Shown piece by piece: positions 1 to 10,100 of a DNA stretch of 43,388 bases. The translations under genes and the position numbers were made by a program. Location: the IMG/VR virus record IMGVR_UViG_2698536418_000010. One strand, given 5' to 3'. The notes under the pieces are model-generated. The model searched no databases, was not told where the DNA came from, and was given only the letters and a program-made list of their open reading frames with translations. Each line of letters starts with the position of its first letter. The stretch's first letter is position 1. The DNA comes from a virus (lineage: Duplodnaviria > Heunggongvirae > Uroviricota > Caudoviricetes).

Positions 1-100
1 AGGCAACTAAGCCTGCATTAATGCCAACTTTTAGCGCACGGCTCTCTCCCAAGAGCCATTTCCCTGGACCGAATACAGGAATCGTATTCGGTCTTTTTTT
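1..100 (+). ncRNA. sdsR: sRNA SdsR/RyeB-like gene (host); antisense RyeA expected on the minus strand
   Basis: Matches my recollection of the conserved SdsR sequence (GCCUGCAUUAAUGCCAACUUUUAGCGCACGGCUCUCUCCCAAGAGCC...GGACCGAAUACAGGAAUCGUAUUCGGUC + U-run); two stem-loops (41-58, 67-93); not verified by search. Confidence 0.45.
67..100 (+). terminator. Rho-independent terminator (10-bp stem gaccgaatac/gtattcggtc, loop aggaatc, T7)
   Basis: Perfect 10-bp inverted repeat followed by ttttttt at 94-100. Confidence 0.75.
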
Positions 101-160
101 AATTGTATTTAAAATCAATTAGTTGCAAACGTCTTCCCGAAATTCCCCGAAATTTACTCG

Positions 161-186
161 AATTTCTGTATTCCGGTCTTTTTTGG
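161..186 (+). repeat. Partial direct repeat of the sdsR terminator 3' half (att core-like), next to int
   Basis: gaatttctgtattccggtctttttt vs gaatcgtattcggtcttttttt at 80-100. Confidence 0.4.
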
Positions 187-231
187 TTATATCACAACCA
201 AAATACATTTAACAATCCATTTACGTTAAAA

Positions 232-1308
232 TCAGAGTAGTAAGTACGTTTTTTCTCTCTCATCAAGATACATTTTTGTTGTCTTCTCCGATGTGTGGCC
301 AAGTAGACGCTGAGCAAATTCTTCTCCACATGTTTCTTTGTACAATCGTCCAGCCAGACTTCTGATCTCGTGAAAAGTTGGTGGGTTTTCACTGAACTGG
401 ATACCTGTTAATTTTCTGGCTGCGACAAATTTTTTTGTCAGGCCATCCGGGTGAATGCTGCCGTCAGGGCTGTTTTTTCTAATCCCGGCACTGATTAGAT
501 AATCTCCCCGGCTTACCAGGCGGCACTGTTCAACTACTGTACCAAGCCGTAGACCAGCGACAGGAAGGCTGAGTGACAGGGGGATAGCAATCATCATTCC
601 TGTCTTAATTTGCCTGATGTGGAGACGATCATCATAAATATCACTAAAGCGCATATTCGTTATGTCTTCGCGACGTTGTCCTGTTACAAGGGCTAAATCC
701 ATAGCTAATGGGAACCATGCCGGAAGTTGATCTGCTGCCTCCCTGATGCAGTTGTATGTCTTTAGTTTCAGTCGTTCTCTTGTAACTACTATTTTCGGTG
801 CTCTTGTTGGCGTTACTGGATTTTGAGATATACGTCCATCAACAATGGCCTCACGAAACATATCAGACAACACAGAACGCATTGATCCTGCCATTGTGTT
901 TTTCCCTCCTTCAATCCACAAATCAAGAAACTCGGCAATATGGCGAGTGGTTATTTCTGTCAGTAAAATTTCCCCCAATTTTTCTTTTATTGTCTCCAGT
1001 TGATTTACCCGAATTTTATAAGTATTTCTGGACACTTTTCTCCTTATAAGAATCGTTTTGTAACGTTCAATCCAGTCTGCCATAGTAAATGAGTCGAACC
1101 CTTTAAGCTTTTCAATTAAGGCAGCAGGAGAGTAGTTTTTGTATATATAATGATTTGCTTCAATTGCCTGCGCTACTGCATCTCTTCTTGAAATTTTACC
1201 TAGTGTAAATTCTTCTTTCGTCAGAGGGTTGCGCCAGTAATATGCTTTGTCCCTCCTTCGATATGTTAAGTTTTTAGGCAAATTGGGATCGTATTTTTTC
1301 CGCTGCAT
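232..1308 (-). CDS. Tyrosine integrase, lambda Int family (358 aa)
   Basis: ORF with lambda-Int-like N-terminus and C-terminal catalytic region (…[11 protein letters not shown]…LLGH…Y); adjacent to att and xis. Confidence 0.9.
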   Translation of the reverse strand: MQRKKYDPNLPKNLTYRRRDKAYYWRNPLTKEEFTLGKISRRDAVAQAIEANHYIYKNYSPAALIEKLKGFDSFTMADWIERYKTILIRRKVSRNTYKIRVNQLETIKEKLGEILLTEITTRHIAEFLDLWIEGGKNTMAGSMRSVLSDMFREAIVDGRISQNPVTPTRAPKIVVTRERLKLKTYNCIREAADQLPAWFPLAMDLALVTGQRREDITNMRFSDIYDDRLHIRQIKTGMMIAIPLSLSLPVAGLRLGTVVEQCRLVSRGDYLISAGIRKNSPDGSIHPDGLTKKFVAARKLTGIQFSENPPTFHEIRSLAGRLYKETCGEEFAQRLLGHTSEKTTKMYLDEREKTYLLL

Positions 1309-1561
1309 GTTTTAACTTCTCCAGTAACGGACTGTCTCTCCCTTGTCGCCCATTAGGCTGATGGTGTGTTATATCGGTATCAACCTTATTTGGGTTGATA
1401 TAGAAAGCCTCCGGAACCACCCTGTAACTCCTCCCGTGTAGTTCAGGTGCAGGATAAATGTTTCCATTCCTTGCCCATCGTCTCAGCGTTGATATTGATG
1501 GTGGGTTATCCGGATATCTGAGTTTTCCCCACGTTTTGAGTGTCACAAGATTCATTGCCAT
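1274..1561 (-). CDS. Excisionase (Xis-like)
   Basis: Small ORF immediately upstream of int, overlapping its start; Xis-like wHTH motif (TLRRWARNG); exact start uncertain. Confidence 0.6.
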   Translation of the reverse strand: MAMNLVTLKTWGKLRYPDNPPSISTLRRWARNGNIYPAPELHGRSYRVVPEAFYINPNKVDTDITHHQPNGRQGRDSPLLEKLKHAAEKIRSQFA

Positions 1562-1661
1562 ACCTCTTACGATATGACCGCCAGTAAATATACAGAATAC
1601 TGGCGGATGTGGTTGATTTTTAATAATCAGCTATGAAGTTCTAATTTGTATATAATGCAAC

Positions 1662-1850
1662 TCACGAGGACAGAAGTTTCTCGCAATTAAAATTTATCAG
1701 CTTTACTTTCTGCTCTCTGGAAACGCCTGCTTCTTTTTTCCCTGAGAGCATTTTTTCGCATTCTGATTTCGTTAATTTAGATTTTGAATATCTTGTCCAG
1801 TTAGTAGGAGTGCCACCTTCCTTTTCAATAGTGGCAGTAATTTTATACAT
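1662..1850 (-). CDS. YdaC-like small protein
   Basis: ORF with GGAGGTG RBS before ATG at 1850; sits between xis and ralR as in Rac. Confidence 0.45.
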   Translation of the reverse strand: MYKITATIEKEGGTPTNWTRYSKSKLTKSECEKMLSGKKEAGVSREQKVKLINFNCEKLLSS

Positions 1851-2037
1851 GAACACCTCCATTATTATTTCCAGTAGTTCGTTTATTCCATCTTTCGAGT
1901 GCTTCTTTTTCACTTCCACCATAGCCAGTTCGGGATTCGCATCCGTTGCATTTTGCCCGGTAATATCCTGAAATTGCTTTCACCGTAACAGATGGACAAC
2001 CACAAAACGGACATGGTTTAACATCGTCATATCTCAT
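1843..2037 (-). CDS. ralR: RalR/Lar restriction-alleviation protein (type I TA toxin-like), 64 aa
   Basis: Sequence MRYDDVKPCPFCGCPSVTVKAISGYYRAKCNGCESRTGYGGSEKEALERWNKRTTGNNNGGVHV matches recalled Rac RalR. Confidence 0.75.
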   Translation of the reverse strand: MRYDDVKPCPFCGCPSVTVKAISGYYRAKCNGCESRTGYGGSEKEALERWNKRTTGNNNGGVHV

Positions 2038-2093
2038 AATTTTTGTCATAAAAACTGTCTCACGTTGGCGGTGCATTACACCGCCAGGCTGAA

Positions 2094-2903
2094 TTATTCT
2101 TCTGAATTATCGATTACACTGTATTCCCCGGTTAATACAGAGGAGTCTGCCGGATCGATTGTCAGTGGTTCCTTTTCATCCATTGATACTGCACGCTGGA
2201 TTTCAATTGAGACAGGCAGGTATTTAAACAGGCGACGAATAGCCGTTTTTTTTGCCATTTCTTCCCAGTGAGTTACCCATGGCCCGTTATTACCAGCCTT
2301 ACTCTGGCTGCGCACCAGTTCAATCTGTTTGCGCGTCATAACTTCAAACTGAGTCCCTCCGTCTTTCAGTCTTGCGACAGCATAGACGTGGGTCACTGGT
2401 GCATCTTCGTTTTCTCCCGGGCGGTGTATTAACTTTTCATCAAGGCCAAATTCAAAACTAAACTCGTCACCTTCACGGACAACACGGGCTGACAGGCTGG
2501 CGATTTGACCAGAACGGCGAGCCAGATCAATCATGCCGCGATAACCAATGATTAGCTGAACGTTCTTTTTACCGCTCTTTTCGTTTTTATTACCAAAAGG
2601 CAGTAAATATGCGTGGCCGAGGGCGCTACCTGGCTCAAGGCCGAGCTGTGAACACTGAACGATCGCACTGACAAAACTCATGGTGTCACAGTTTCCTAGC
2701 GCCGGAACCTTACGAATTTCTGTGGTGGCGATACGTATCATTCGTTCAGCCGTCATATGGCGTGGGAGAGCTGCTGCCAGTTGCTCTTTCATTGATGGCT
2801 GATTAATAAAGCTGATCACGTCGTTATTTTTTACTGCTGCTGGTGCACGGTTTCCCTGGGTTTTTTGCAGATCGGCTTTTGCGATAGGTGGTTGCTTAGT
2901 CAT
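2094..2903 (-). CDS. recT: RecT single-strand annealing protein
   Basis: Near-identical to recalled Rac RecT ([24 protein letters not shown]…); AAGGAG RBS 7 nt upstream of ATG at 2903. Confidence 0.9.
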   Translation of the reverse strand: MTKQPPIAKADLQKTQGNRAPAAVKNNDVISFINQPSMKEQLAAALPRHMTAERMIRIATTEIRKVPALGNCDTMSFVSAIVQCSQLGLEPGSALGHAYLLPFGNKNEKSGKKNVQLIIGYRGMIDLARRSGQIASLSARVVREGDEFSFEFGLDEKLIHRPGENEDAPVTHVYAVARLKDGGTQFEVMTRKQIELVRSQSKAGNNGPWVTHWEEMAKKTAIRRLFKYLPVSIEIQRAVSMDEKEPLTIDPADSSVLTGEYSVIDNSEE

Positions 2904-5571
2904 TTGCATACTCCTTAGCCCAGCGGGGCAGTGATAACGTTTTAATAGCTGGCCATTCATCGGTATTCAGGCAGTCAGCCAGGGTCCTCAGATTGCGGTG
3001 ATATTCCTGCTGGCCTGCCAGTTTTGCTTCTTCGCCCATCATGAAAATCTCAACCGGGTAACGTCCGCATTCAACAGTTGTGCTGGCAACCAGAAAAACG
3101 AAAGTTGGCAGCACACCAAACTGTGCTTCATAACCGTCACTGTAGAATGCATCCTGAACGTGATAGCGGTAGTCGTAATAAGCCGTTTTGAATCGTTGAA
3201 TATCCGCTGTGGTTTTCACGTCCATGATCCAGTGAAATTCAGGGATAATTTTGTCCGGACGGCACCGACACAAAATTCCTGTTTCAGGATCTTCCCAGTA
3301 AATTGATGATTCAGCGTGTCCGGCGCTTTCAACAAGCCATTGACCCAGCGGCAAAGCCATAACGCTCTGATACATGAGTTCAATTTTCCGGCCTTCTTCG
3401 GCAGTGATAACCGTTTTTCCTGTGCTTGCGCATTCCATCAGAAACGCTTTCTCCTCTTCTTTTCCGGCGGTTGTACGGCGGTTAAATTCAGGTGCCACGA
3501 TAAAGCGGTTACTGAATTCTTCCGGTTCAAGTACACGGCAGTGGAAAGCGGTTCCTAAATCGAGCGTTTTTGTCTTTGTGGTGTCCGCTGGGGCATTTTT
3601 ACGCCACAAATACAGAGCCGGAGTATCAGCAATGTCGTCGAGCTGAGACTTACTGACACCGGGACCCGCGTGGTAATTCTCATTCGAAATTCCGTAATAA
3701 ATACCAGGCTCTATGTCTCCTGCGATTACGGGATCTGCGACTTCGCCAGTTTCATCACTGCAATCGCGATGCGGATCGCTGCCAGCATTCTCATTGTGCG
3801 GATGTTCAGGGCCTTCCATTTCCTCCGGATCTTTTTCCTGAGATTCATCCAGATTTTCTTCATTAAAGGTTTCCTGATATGTGGTGTCGCCCATCACCGC
3901 GCCACAATCAGGGCAGTTGCCGCCACCGCTCTGACCGCGGGCGGCACAGACTTTTTCCGGTTCCTGTTGCGCTACTGGTTCAGATTGTTTCGTTTCTGGC
4001 TCATTTTTCTGTGCATTTTGGCTGTTTTGTTCCGCTTTCTGGTTGTTTTGTTCCGATTTGGGCTGGTTCTGGTTCACAGAATCTCGGGTTTCAATTCCCT
4101 TAACCCATTTCGGATCATTCGGGTCGCTAATCCCTTCAACAAATTCTCCGCGAGAGGCAGCCAGTAATTTGTCTGCATCGACAGGATTTTTGGGCGGAAT
4201 GTTTTTCCGGGCTTCATAGAGTTCTGCCCGCAGTTTCTGATATTTCGCATCAACAGAATTTACCTGTGACTGAGCATCCAGCGGCTGCGTGTCCTGATGA
4301 TGTTCAGTTGCATCCGGTTCCACTGTTTCAGCCGTTGCCTGTTCATCTGCCATTGCGCAAGATGGTTGCAGTTTTTCTTCATCATCCTGTTTTTCTTCTT
4401 CTGTTACACGCTGCGGCATCGGGGCAGAGGAACGACCGCAGGCAATATCCACGATTTCTGGATCAGGGTTGGCATGATCAGTTTCAGTCAGTACTTTGTT
4501 AAGATATTCAGTGACGTGTGCGGGGATAACCTCGATCCCAATTGGTGCTTCTTTTACGGACGCAACCACGATGGCGCGGGAATAATCCAGCCCGCCAGGC
4601 ATGGTGATGAATTTGTCGCGGAAAACAGAAAAGGGCGGTTTATTTTCAGCGATAATTTCCTCGACACGTTTAGCGTGTGCCGGATGAAGGTTATAAATGT
4701 CCACGTCCATTGAACGAGCCAGTACGCCAGTGGCTACGTCGCGCGCCAGTGACGTCAGATCGTGAATGAAACCTTCGCCGCGATCGGTGAGGTTCCCGCC
4801 GCCAGCATTAGCGCCGGAAGCCGTGCGCGTGATGCGTGAAACACGGTTTCCTTTCATCCACTCTTTTGTCAGCAGACCGCGATCGGTGTAGTCTGCGTCC
4901 AGGTATGCTTCGAAAAAAGCAGTCATCAGCCCCAGGCTTGAATTGCCTGGATTAGGGAAAACTCTGTCAGTATCACGCACCAGTTTGTGGAGATCGCGAA
5001 TTTCCAGCGGGTCGAGCAGGCTGGTTTTGTGGGAAACAGCCAGGGCAGTAACAGCTGGTAGTTCTTCAGCTCGTGCAATGTGTAATGCCTGTAGTTCGTT
5101 GCGTGAAACGTGCGTTACCGGTTTTTCGCTGCCGTGTTGAGCAAGCCAGCGAATGGGCAGCTCCTGACCGGAAATCGGGAGTAGCATATTCTCCTCAATC
5201 TCCGTCATGTCTTCGCCATTAACATTGGTATTGTCAGTGCTGGCTGGCTTGTCCTGCGCAGAGGATGAGGGCGCGATAAATACCATTGTGATGCCATCTT
5301 CCCCGCCTTTTTCGTAACGGTTGCAGAATTCCGTATCAAATACGCCTTCTGGTGGAAGGTCATCAACAACGGGCAAATTGACGCGAACAGGTTTTTTAAA
5401 GTCATCTTCATCGTAGCCAGCATCGTCAATCGCAACAGCACCACGGGAGATGGCAATGGATAATTTTTTCGCTTCAGCCCAGTAGAAACCGCCTTTAATA
5501 CCGAGACGTTTTCTTACTTTGTCATTTTTTGCTTCGTAATACAGTGGGTAAACTTGTTTATCGGTGCTCAT
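2896..5571 (-). CDS. recE: RecE exonuclease VIII (891 aa; N-terminus diverges from K-12 RecE)
   Basis: Long ORF; C-terminal two-thirds matches recalled RecE (…[13 protein letters not shown]). Confidence 0.9.
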   Translation of the reverse strand: MSTDKQVYPLYYEAKNDKVRKRLGIKGGFYWAEAKKLSIAISRGAVAIDDAGYDEDDFKKPVRVNLPVVDDLPPEGVFDTEFCNRYEKGGEDGITMVFIAPSSSAQDKPASTDNTNVNGEDMTEIEENMLLPISGQELPIRWLAQHGSEKPVTHVSRNELQALHIARAEELPAVTALAVSHKTSLLDPLEIRDLHKLVRDTDRVFPNPGNSSLGLMTAFFEAYLDADYTDRGLLTKEWMKGNRVSRITRTASGANAGGGNLTDRGEGFIHDLTSLARDVATGVLARSMDVDIYNLHPAHAKRVEEIIAENKPPFSVFRDKFITMPGGLDYSRAIVVASVKEAPIGIEVIPAHVTEYLNKVLTETDHANPDPEIVDIACGRSSAPMPQRVTEEEKQDDEEKLQPSCAMADEQATAETVEPDATEHHQDTQPLDAQSQVNSVDAKYQKLRAELYEARKNIPPKNPVDADKLLAASRGEFVEGISDPNDPKWVKGIETRDSVNQNQPKSEQNNQKAEQNSQNAQKNEPETKQSEPVAQQEPEKVCAARGQSGGGNCPDCGAVMGDTTYQETFNEENLDESQEKDPEEMEGPEHPHNENAGSDPHRDCSDETGEVADPVIAGDIEPGIYYGISNENYHAGPGVSKSQLDDIADTPALYLWRKNAPADTTKTKTLDLGTAFHCRVLEPEEFSNRFIVAPEFNRRTTAGKEEEKAFLMECASTGKTVITAEEGRKIELMYQSVMALPLGQWLVESAGHAESSIYWEDPETGILCRCRPDKIIPEFHWIMDVKTTADIQRFKTAYYDYRYHVQDAFYSDGYEAQFGVLPTFVFLVASTTVECGRYPVEIFMMGEEAKLAGQQEYHRNLRTLADCLNTDEWPAIKTLSLPRWAKEYAND

Positions 5572-5641
5572 TGCTTTTTAACCTCAACTCAGATTAAAAT
5601 TAATGCGAGTGATGAATAAATGTCCCAGGTTCTTCACTCAG

Positions 5642-5670
5642 GCCTGCACAGTGTGCAGGCTTTCTTTTTT
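5642..5670 (+). terminator. Hairpin + T-run (gcctgcaca/tgtgcaggc, tttcttttttt); intrinsic terminator on plus strand only
   Basis: Inverted repeat followed by T-rich run on plus strand; on the minus strand no U-run follows. Confidence 0.4.
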
Positions 5671-5946
5671 TCAGATTTCACCTTTTAATTTCATTGCAAT
5701 CAGAGTTGCCAGAAATTCGGCTTTTTTTTCTGCGGGCAGATTCTTTCCTATGTGCACCAGACACATTTTTTTAACACCATCGTTAAGTGTTTTAACGTTG
5801 CCTGATGGACCGTCGATATCAACCACAGTGAATGGGGTTTCTTTATTTTCTGTCTTAATCACGTAGCCAATACGCTTTCCTTCCAGGGTAACTTCGTGAA
5901 CAATGTCATCAGTAGTAACAACAGTGGCTTCATAACTGGTAATCAT
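5671..5946 (-). CDS. racC: RacC
   Basis: MITSYEATVVTTDDIVHEVTLEGKRIGYVIK… matches recalled RacC; AAGGAG RBS. Confidence 0.8.
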   Translation of the reverse strand: MITSYEATVVTTDDIVHEVTLEGKRIGYVIKTENKETPFTVVDIDGPSGNVKTLNDGVKKMCLVHIGKNLPAEKKAEFLATLIAMKLKGEI

Positions 5947-6020
5947 GTTTTTCTCCTTAATTAAGGTTGAGCGAATCCCTGCCATTGCTGGCATAAATTC
6001 AGTTTCGGATAGTCAGTTAA

Positions 6021-6191
6021 TTAAAGTTCGTGTGCCATCTGGTCTTTTTCGGCACAGATTTCACTACAATATTTTTTCATTTCCGTCGTTGGTATAACTC
6101 CACGCATGAAATGAAGTGGTCTTGTAATGATTTTGCTTTCTTCAATTTCTTTATTGCAAAGGTGATAAGCACATTTTATTTTCTTAGTCAT
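6021..6191 (-). CDS. ydaE: YdaE-like zinc-binding small protein (56 aa)
   Basis: [20 protein letters not shown]…CSEICAEKDQMAHEL; start overlaps kilR stop. Confidence 0.65.
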   Translation of the reverse strand: MTKKIKCAYHLCNKEIEESKIITRPLHFMRGVIPTTEMKKYCSEICAEKDQMAHEL

Positions 6192-6412
6192 TACCATGAC
6201 TCCGCCTTTACAGGTAAACCATCACGACCGAGGAAGACTTTAATCATGCAGTCAGAAATGCATGTTTTTGTAGTCAGGCTACGAATATAAAGTTTTCGCT
6301 TTTTAATATTGTTTGCCGAGGCGATATATGTCCGACCTTCATGAAGAACATAATCGCCAGGGGTCACACACTGACGTGGTATTTCATCAGTTCCGAAGTG
6401 ATGAGCAATCAT
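6191..6412 (-). CDS. kilR: KilR cell-division inhibitor (73 aa)
   Basis: [73 protein letters not shown]; GGAGAT RBS before ATG at 6412. Confidence 0.8.
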   Translation of the reverse strand: MIAHHFGTDEIPRQCVTPGDYVLHEGRTYIASANNIKKRKLYIRSLTTKTCISDCMIKVFLGRDGLPVKAESW

Positions 6413-6820
6413 AATTATCTCCATTTTTACAAATGAATTTTGTCGATGCGGTGCCTGGTGCCTCCAGGTGACGTTAACCAGTTAACAATTAACGCCGGAT
6501 AATCCACCCATAACACTGATGCTTTTAACTGTGCCGCGTGCGCTTAGCCGCATTCACCGCATCACAAAATTCACTTTAAAAAGGGGCGGCAGGGCAGCCA
6601 CGGAGTAGAACTGATGCCGCCAAAGACTACACATAGCAATGTCGTTATTTACAACCGGAGGCGCACTCCCACCATTTAAATTTAACAGACAAGACCGACT
6701 CTTTATGGATATCGGAAATGCGCCTTCGTGTTGTGCCCGGTTTTATTTCACCACCTCCGGGCTTTGGTGGTTTCTGCTATACCCCTACAGCGAGAATATT
6801 GAATTAATCCAAATAATGGA

Positions 6821-6973
6821 TTAGCAAGTATTTCTGGCAAGCCAGCGACGTGCGCCAGCTTCGGTTTTAAACGTTTTGCTTTTGGTATACGTCATGGCGG
6901 TGAATGTGCCGTCCTGATTGGGAAACACGCCACATACCAGAGATTCGTTGTTGCCAAGATCGATAGTATCCAT
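6821..6973 (-). CDS. YdaG-like small protein (50 aa)
   Basis: MDTIDLGNNESLVCGVFPNQDGTFTAMTYTKSKTFKTEAGARRWLARNTC; GAGG RBS. Confidence 0.45.
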   Translation of the reverse strand: MDTIDLGNNESLVCGVFPNQDGTFTAMTYTKSKTFKTEAGARRWLARNTC

Positions 6974-7180
6974 GTTGACCTCATTTCCCCTTAACGCCGG
7001 GTGGCGGAACGTTTTATCTACTGCGCTTTGTATCAATCAACAACTGCCGTCATGTTCGTATGCCTCAGGCTGGCTACTTAGCCCTGTTCAGTGGCTGGAT
7101 AACTCGAGGTATTGTCCTGCCGTTCTCTGGTGGGGCGTTGTTTGGATATGCTTATTAAACACAATACGTTTTCTTGTGTC

Positions 7181-7195
7181 AACACGGAATGTGTT
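7181..7195. promoter_or_regulatory. Operator-like 15-bp palindrome AACAC-N5-GTGTT, downstream of the repressor gene
   Basis: aacacggaatgtgtt; same half-sites as operator at 7756-7770. Confidence 0.35.
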
Positions 7196-7221
7196 TTGTG
7201 GTGGGTGTCATATGATGATGG

Positions 7222-7248
7222 TACAAAAAAGCCCGCTGATAGCGGGCT
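7222..7248 (-). terminator. Rho-independent terminator of repressor gene (minus strand)
   Basis: agcccgct-gat-agcgggct hairpin with T6 on the minus strand. Confidence 0.6.
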
Positions 7249-7278
7249 GATTGGCATATTACTGTGATAGCAAGATCA

Positions 7279-7698
7279 TTACTCCGGTGGGGGATTATCT
7301 TTAAGCCTGCCTCTCAAATATTTTTCTACATACTCATCGATTTCTTTTAGCCGGACTTCAAATAGCTCAATCATTCGTTGTTGTTCTGAGCCCGGTAGCT
7401 GGTTAAACAACTCAAGAAGTTTTCGTTGGGATTCATTTAACCACAATTCAGAAGATTCCTGTTCTCCAAAGAGGAGCTCAGGAGGAGATATGCCAAGTGC
7501 CTTTCCCAATATGACAGCGTCATGCACTCCAACATTTCTGCTGCCCGCCTCATAGTTACCTATACGCGATTGCGTCCATCCGCAGATTTCAGCAAGTTTT
7601 CCTTGAGATAAACCAAGCTTCTGCCTGCGCTCTTTAAGACGCATTGCAATTTTGTCATTGAGCCTACTAGCGGCAATTTTTTCGTTTTCTTTTTCCAT
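7279..7698 (-). CDS. Prophage repressor, DicA/RacR-like HTH (XRE family, no S24 peptidase domain)
   Basis: HTH motif LSQGKLAEICGWTQSRIGNYEAG; C-terminal LLELFNQLPGSEQQ resembles DicA; divergent from cro-like gene. Confidence 0.8.
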   Translation of the reverse strand: MEKENEKIAASRLNDKIAMRLKERRQKLGLSQGKLAEICGWTQSRIGNYEAGSRNVGVHDAVILGKALGISPPELLFGEQESSELWLNESQRKLLELFNQLPGSEQQRMIELFEVRLKEIDEYVEKYLRGRLKDNPPPE

Positions 7699-7794
7699 TG
7701 CATCCTTGTATCACGAATCGTGATTTACATAAAACACAAAATAGCTTGACCATATAACACAAGGTGTGTTTAAAATTGTCATCGGAGGTTTTCA
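7699..7794. promoter_or_regulatory. Divergent promoter/operator region: palindromes atcacgaatcgtgat (7710-7724) and aacacaaggtgtgtt (7756-7770); -35 TTGACC at 7746-7751
   Basis: Two 15-bp perfect inverted repeats between divergent HTH genes; sigma70-like -35/-10 for the rightward gene. Confidence 0.6.
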
Positions 7795-8037
7795 ATGAAC
7801 AAAATTTCAACATATCGAAAACAGCTTGGGCTGTCTCAAAGACAACTTGCTGTTCAGTTAGGGTGGATACAAAGCCGACTGGCAAATTACGAAGCAAATT
7901 TTCGTACCCCTGGACTAGAGGAGTGCAGAAAAATTGTTTCTACCCTTAATCGGCTTGGCGCTCATTGTGGACTTGACGATGTATTCCCCCCAGACGGTAA
8001 GCATAGCGAAAACAGCATAGGAGCGGTTGATTCATGA
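7795..8037 (+). CDS. Cro/YdaS-like HTH regulator (80 aa)
   Basis: HTH LSQRQLAVQLGWIQSRLANYE; GGAGG RBS; divergent from repressor. Confidence 0.75.
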   Translation: MNKISTYRKQLGLSQRQLAVQLGWIQSRLANYEANFRTPGLEECRKIVSTLNRLGAHCGLDDVFPPDGKHSENSIGAVDS

Positions 8038-8459
8038 AAATCAGGCATAAGCACATCGAATCAGTGTTGTTAGCCCTGGCAGCCGAAAAAGGGCAGGCGT
8101 GGGTCGCTAACGCAATTACTGAAGAATATCTGCGCCAGGGGGGGGGCGGCGAATTGCCCCTTGTACCAGGCAAGGACTGGAACAATCAGCAGAATATCTA
8201 TCACCGTTGGTTGAAAGGTGAAACGAAAGCGCAAAGGGAAAAAATTCAGAAACTGATCCCTGCGGTTCTGGCAATTCTTCCGCGCGAGCTGCGTCACCGA
8301 CTCTGCATCTTCGATACCCTGGAACGCCGTGCATTACTGGCGGCGCAGGAAGCGTTGAGTACGGCAATTGATGCGCATGATGATGCAGTCCAGGCCGTTT
8401 ACCGGAAAGCACATTTCAGCGGTGGTGGGTCGCCCGGCGATTCTGTCGTAGTGCATTGA
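8034..8459 (+). CDS. YdaT-like protein
   Basis: Position immediately after the Cro-like gene as in Rac ydaS-ydaT; overlapping stop/start. Confidence 0.6.
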   Translation: MKIRHKHIESVLLALAAEKGQAWVANAITEEYLRQGGGGELPLVPGKDWNNQQNIYHRWLKGETKAQREKIQKLIPAVLAILPRELRHRLCIFDTLERRALLAAQEALSTAIDAHDDAVQAVYRKAHFSGGGSPGDSVVVH

Positions 8460-8536
8460 TTGAAATTAATCGTGCCGGATTGTTTTGTTCGGTATCAGTT
8501 AAATGTAACGACGCGAGCGTTACAAGGTGAAAACAA

Positions 8537-9325
8537 ATGGCTTCAAACTGGATAAAGCTCGAGGTTATTACGCCGGATAAGCCGGAAATATTCAGGCTTG
8601 CTGAGATTCTGAATATTGATCCAGATGCCGCATTAGGGAAGGTTATTCGCTTCTGGGCATGGGCGGATCAACAAATGATAGACGGTAATGCAGATTGTAA
8701 CGCTCGCGGCGTTACAAAAAGTGCAATAGATCGCATCACTTTTATGGCTGGTTTTGCTGATGCGTTAATTCAGGTTGGATGGCTGGTCGAAAATGACGTT
8801 GGGCTTTCTCTACCTAACTTTGAACGTCATAACGGAAAAAGCTCAAAAAAACGGGCGGTTACAAACGAGCGAGTTACAAAAATACGCGAACTGAAACGAA
8901 AAGGTAACGCTGCCAGCGTTACACAAACGGATCAAAAAGCGTTACCAGAGGAAGAGGAAGAGGAAGATCTAAATACTGATCTCCCCCTAAATCCCCCTCG
9001 CCAAAAACGAGCGTCTAAAAAATTCGAGCCGGAGGCTATTGAGCTGCCCGATTGGTTGCCGGAAACACTCTGGCATGAGTGGGTCCGGTTCAGACAGGCA
9101 TTGCGAAAACCGATTCGAACGGAGCAGGGCGCTAACGGGGCGATACGGGAACTGGAAAAATTCCGTCAGCAGGGTTTTACACCTGAGCAGGTGATTCGAC
9201 ACAGCATCGCCAATGAATACCAGGGCCTGTTCGCGCCGAAAGGTGTTCGGCCTGAGACGTTGCTCCGACAGGTTAACACCGTCTCGTTGCCGGACAGTGC
9301 GATCCCGCCAGGCTTCAGGGGGTAA
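8537..9325 (+). CDS. Replication initiation protein (O-like / YdaU-like, acidic linker)
   Basis: ORF with AGGTGA RBS; poly-Glu linker; immediately upstream of DnaC-like gene. Confidence 0.7.
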   Translation: MASNWIKLEVITPDKPEIFRLAEILNIDPDAALGKVIRFWAWADQQMIDGNADCNARGVTKSAIDRITFMAGFADALIQVGWLVENDVGLSLPNFERHNGKSSKKRAVTNERVTKIRELKRKGNAASVTQTDQKALPEEEEEEDLNTDLPLNPPRQKRASKKFEPEAIELPDWLPETLWHEWVRFRQALRKPIRTEQGANGAIRELEKFRQQGFTPEQVIRHSIANEYQGLFAPKGVRPETLLRQVNTVSLPDSAIPPGFRG

Positions 9326-9331
9326 CAGACC

Positions 9332-10078
9332 ATGAAAAATATTGCGACAGGAGGCGTTCTGGAGCGTATCCGCAGACTGACCCCACCACATGTAACCGCC
9401 CCATTCAGAACGGTTGCGGAGTGGCGTGAGTGGCAACTTGCTGAAGGCCAGAAACGTTGCGAGGAGATCAACCGCCTGAATCGTCAGTTGCGGGTGGAAA
9501 AAATTCTGAATCGCTCTGGCATCCAGCCGTTGCACCGTAAATGCTCGTTTGCGAATTACCAGGTGCTGAACGACGGCCAGCGATACGCGTTAAGCCAGGC
9601 GAAATCCATCGCCGATGAACTGATGACCGGGTGTACAAATTTTGCGTTCAGCGGAAAACCTGGTACCGGGAAGAATCACTTAGCGGCAGCTATAGGGAAT
9701 CGCCTGCTGAAAGACGGTCAGACAGTGATTGTGGTTACCGTGGCTGATGTTATGAGCGCCCTGCACGCCAGCTATGACGACGGGCAGTCAGGCGAAAAAT
9801 TTTTGCGGGAGCTGTGCGAAGTGGATCTGCTGGTTCTTGATGAAATTGGCATTCAGCGCGAGACGAAAAACGAGCAGGTGGTGCTGCACCAGATTGTTGA
9901 TCGCCGGACAGCGTCGATGCGCAGCGTGGGGATGCTGACAAACCTGAACTATGAGGCCATGAAAACATTGCTCGGCGAGCGGATTATGGATCGCATGACC
10001 ATGAACGGAGGGCGATGGGTGAATTTTAACTGGGAGAGCTGGCGTCCGAATGTTGGTCAGCCAGGAATTGAGAAGTAA
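9332..10078 (+). CDS. ydaV: DnaC-like helicase loader (YdaV)
   Basis: Walker [16 protein letters not shown], Walker B LLVLDEIG; near-identical to recalled Rac YdaV. Confidence 0.9.
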   Translation: MKNIATGGVLERIRRLTPPHVTAPFRTVAEWREWQLAEGQKRCEEINRLNRQLRVEKILNRSGIQPLHRKCSFANYQVLNDGQRYALSQAKSIADELMTGCTNFAFSGKPGTGKNHLAAAIGNRLLKDGQTVIVVTVADVMSALHASYDDGQSGEKFLRELCEVDLLVLDEIGIQRETKNEQVVLHQIVDRRTASMRSVGMLTNLNYEAMKTLLGERIMDRMTMNGGRWVNFNWESWRPNVGQPGIEK

Positions 10079-10100
10079 TTTTTACCGGGAGGAAGTTTTA

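Noticed and set aside
2998-5140. Several plus-strand ORFs (2998-3306, 3316-3646, 3670-4167, 4297-4713, 4943-5140) inside recE
   Set aside because: They are antisense to a long, well-supported recE reading frame, lack ribosome-binding sites and have low-complexity or hydrophobic junk translations.
6425-6824. 61-aa ORF 6639-6824 and the 6425-6820 gap where Rac carries sieB
   Set aside because: No RBS and an implausible composition; the region may be a degraded remnant or regulatory DNA, and I could not recognise SieB.
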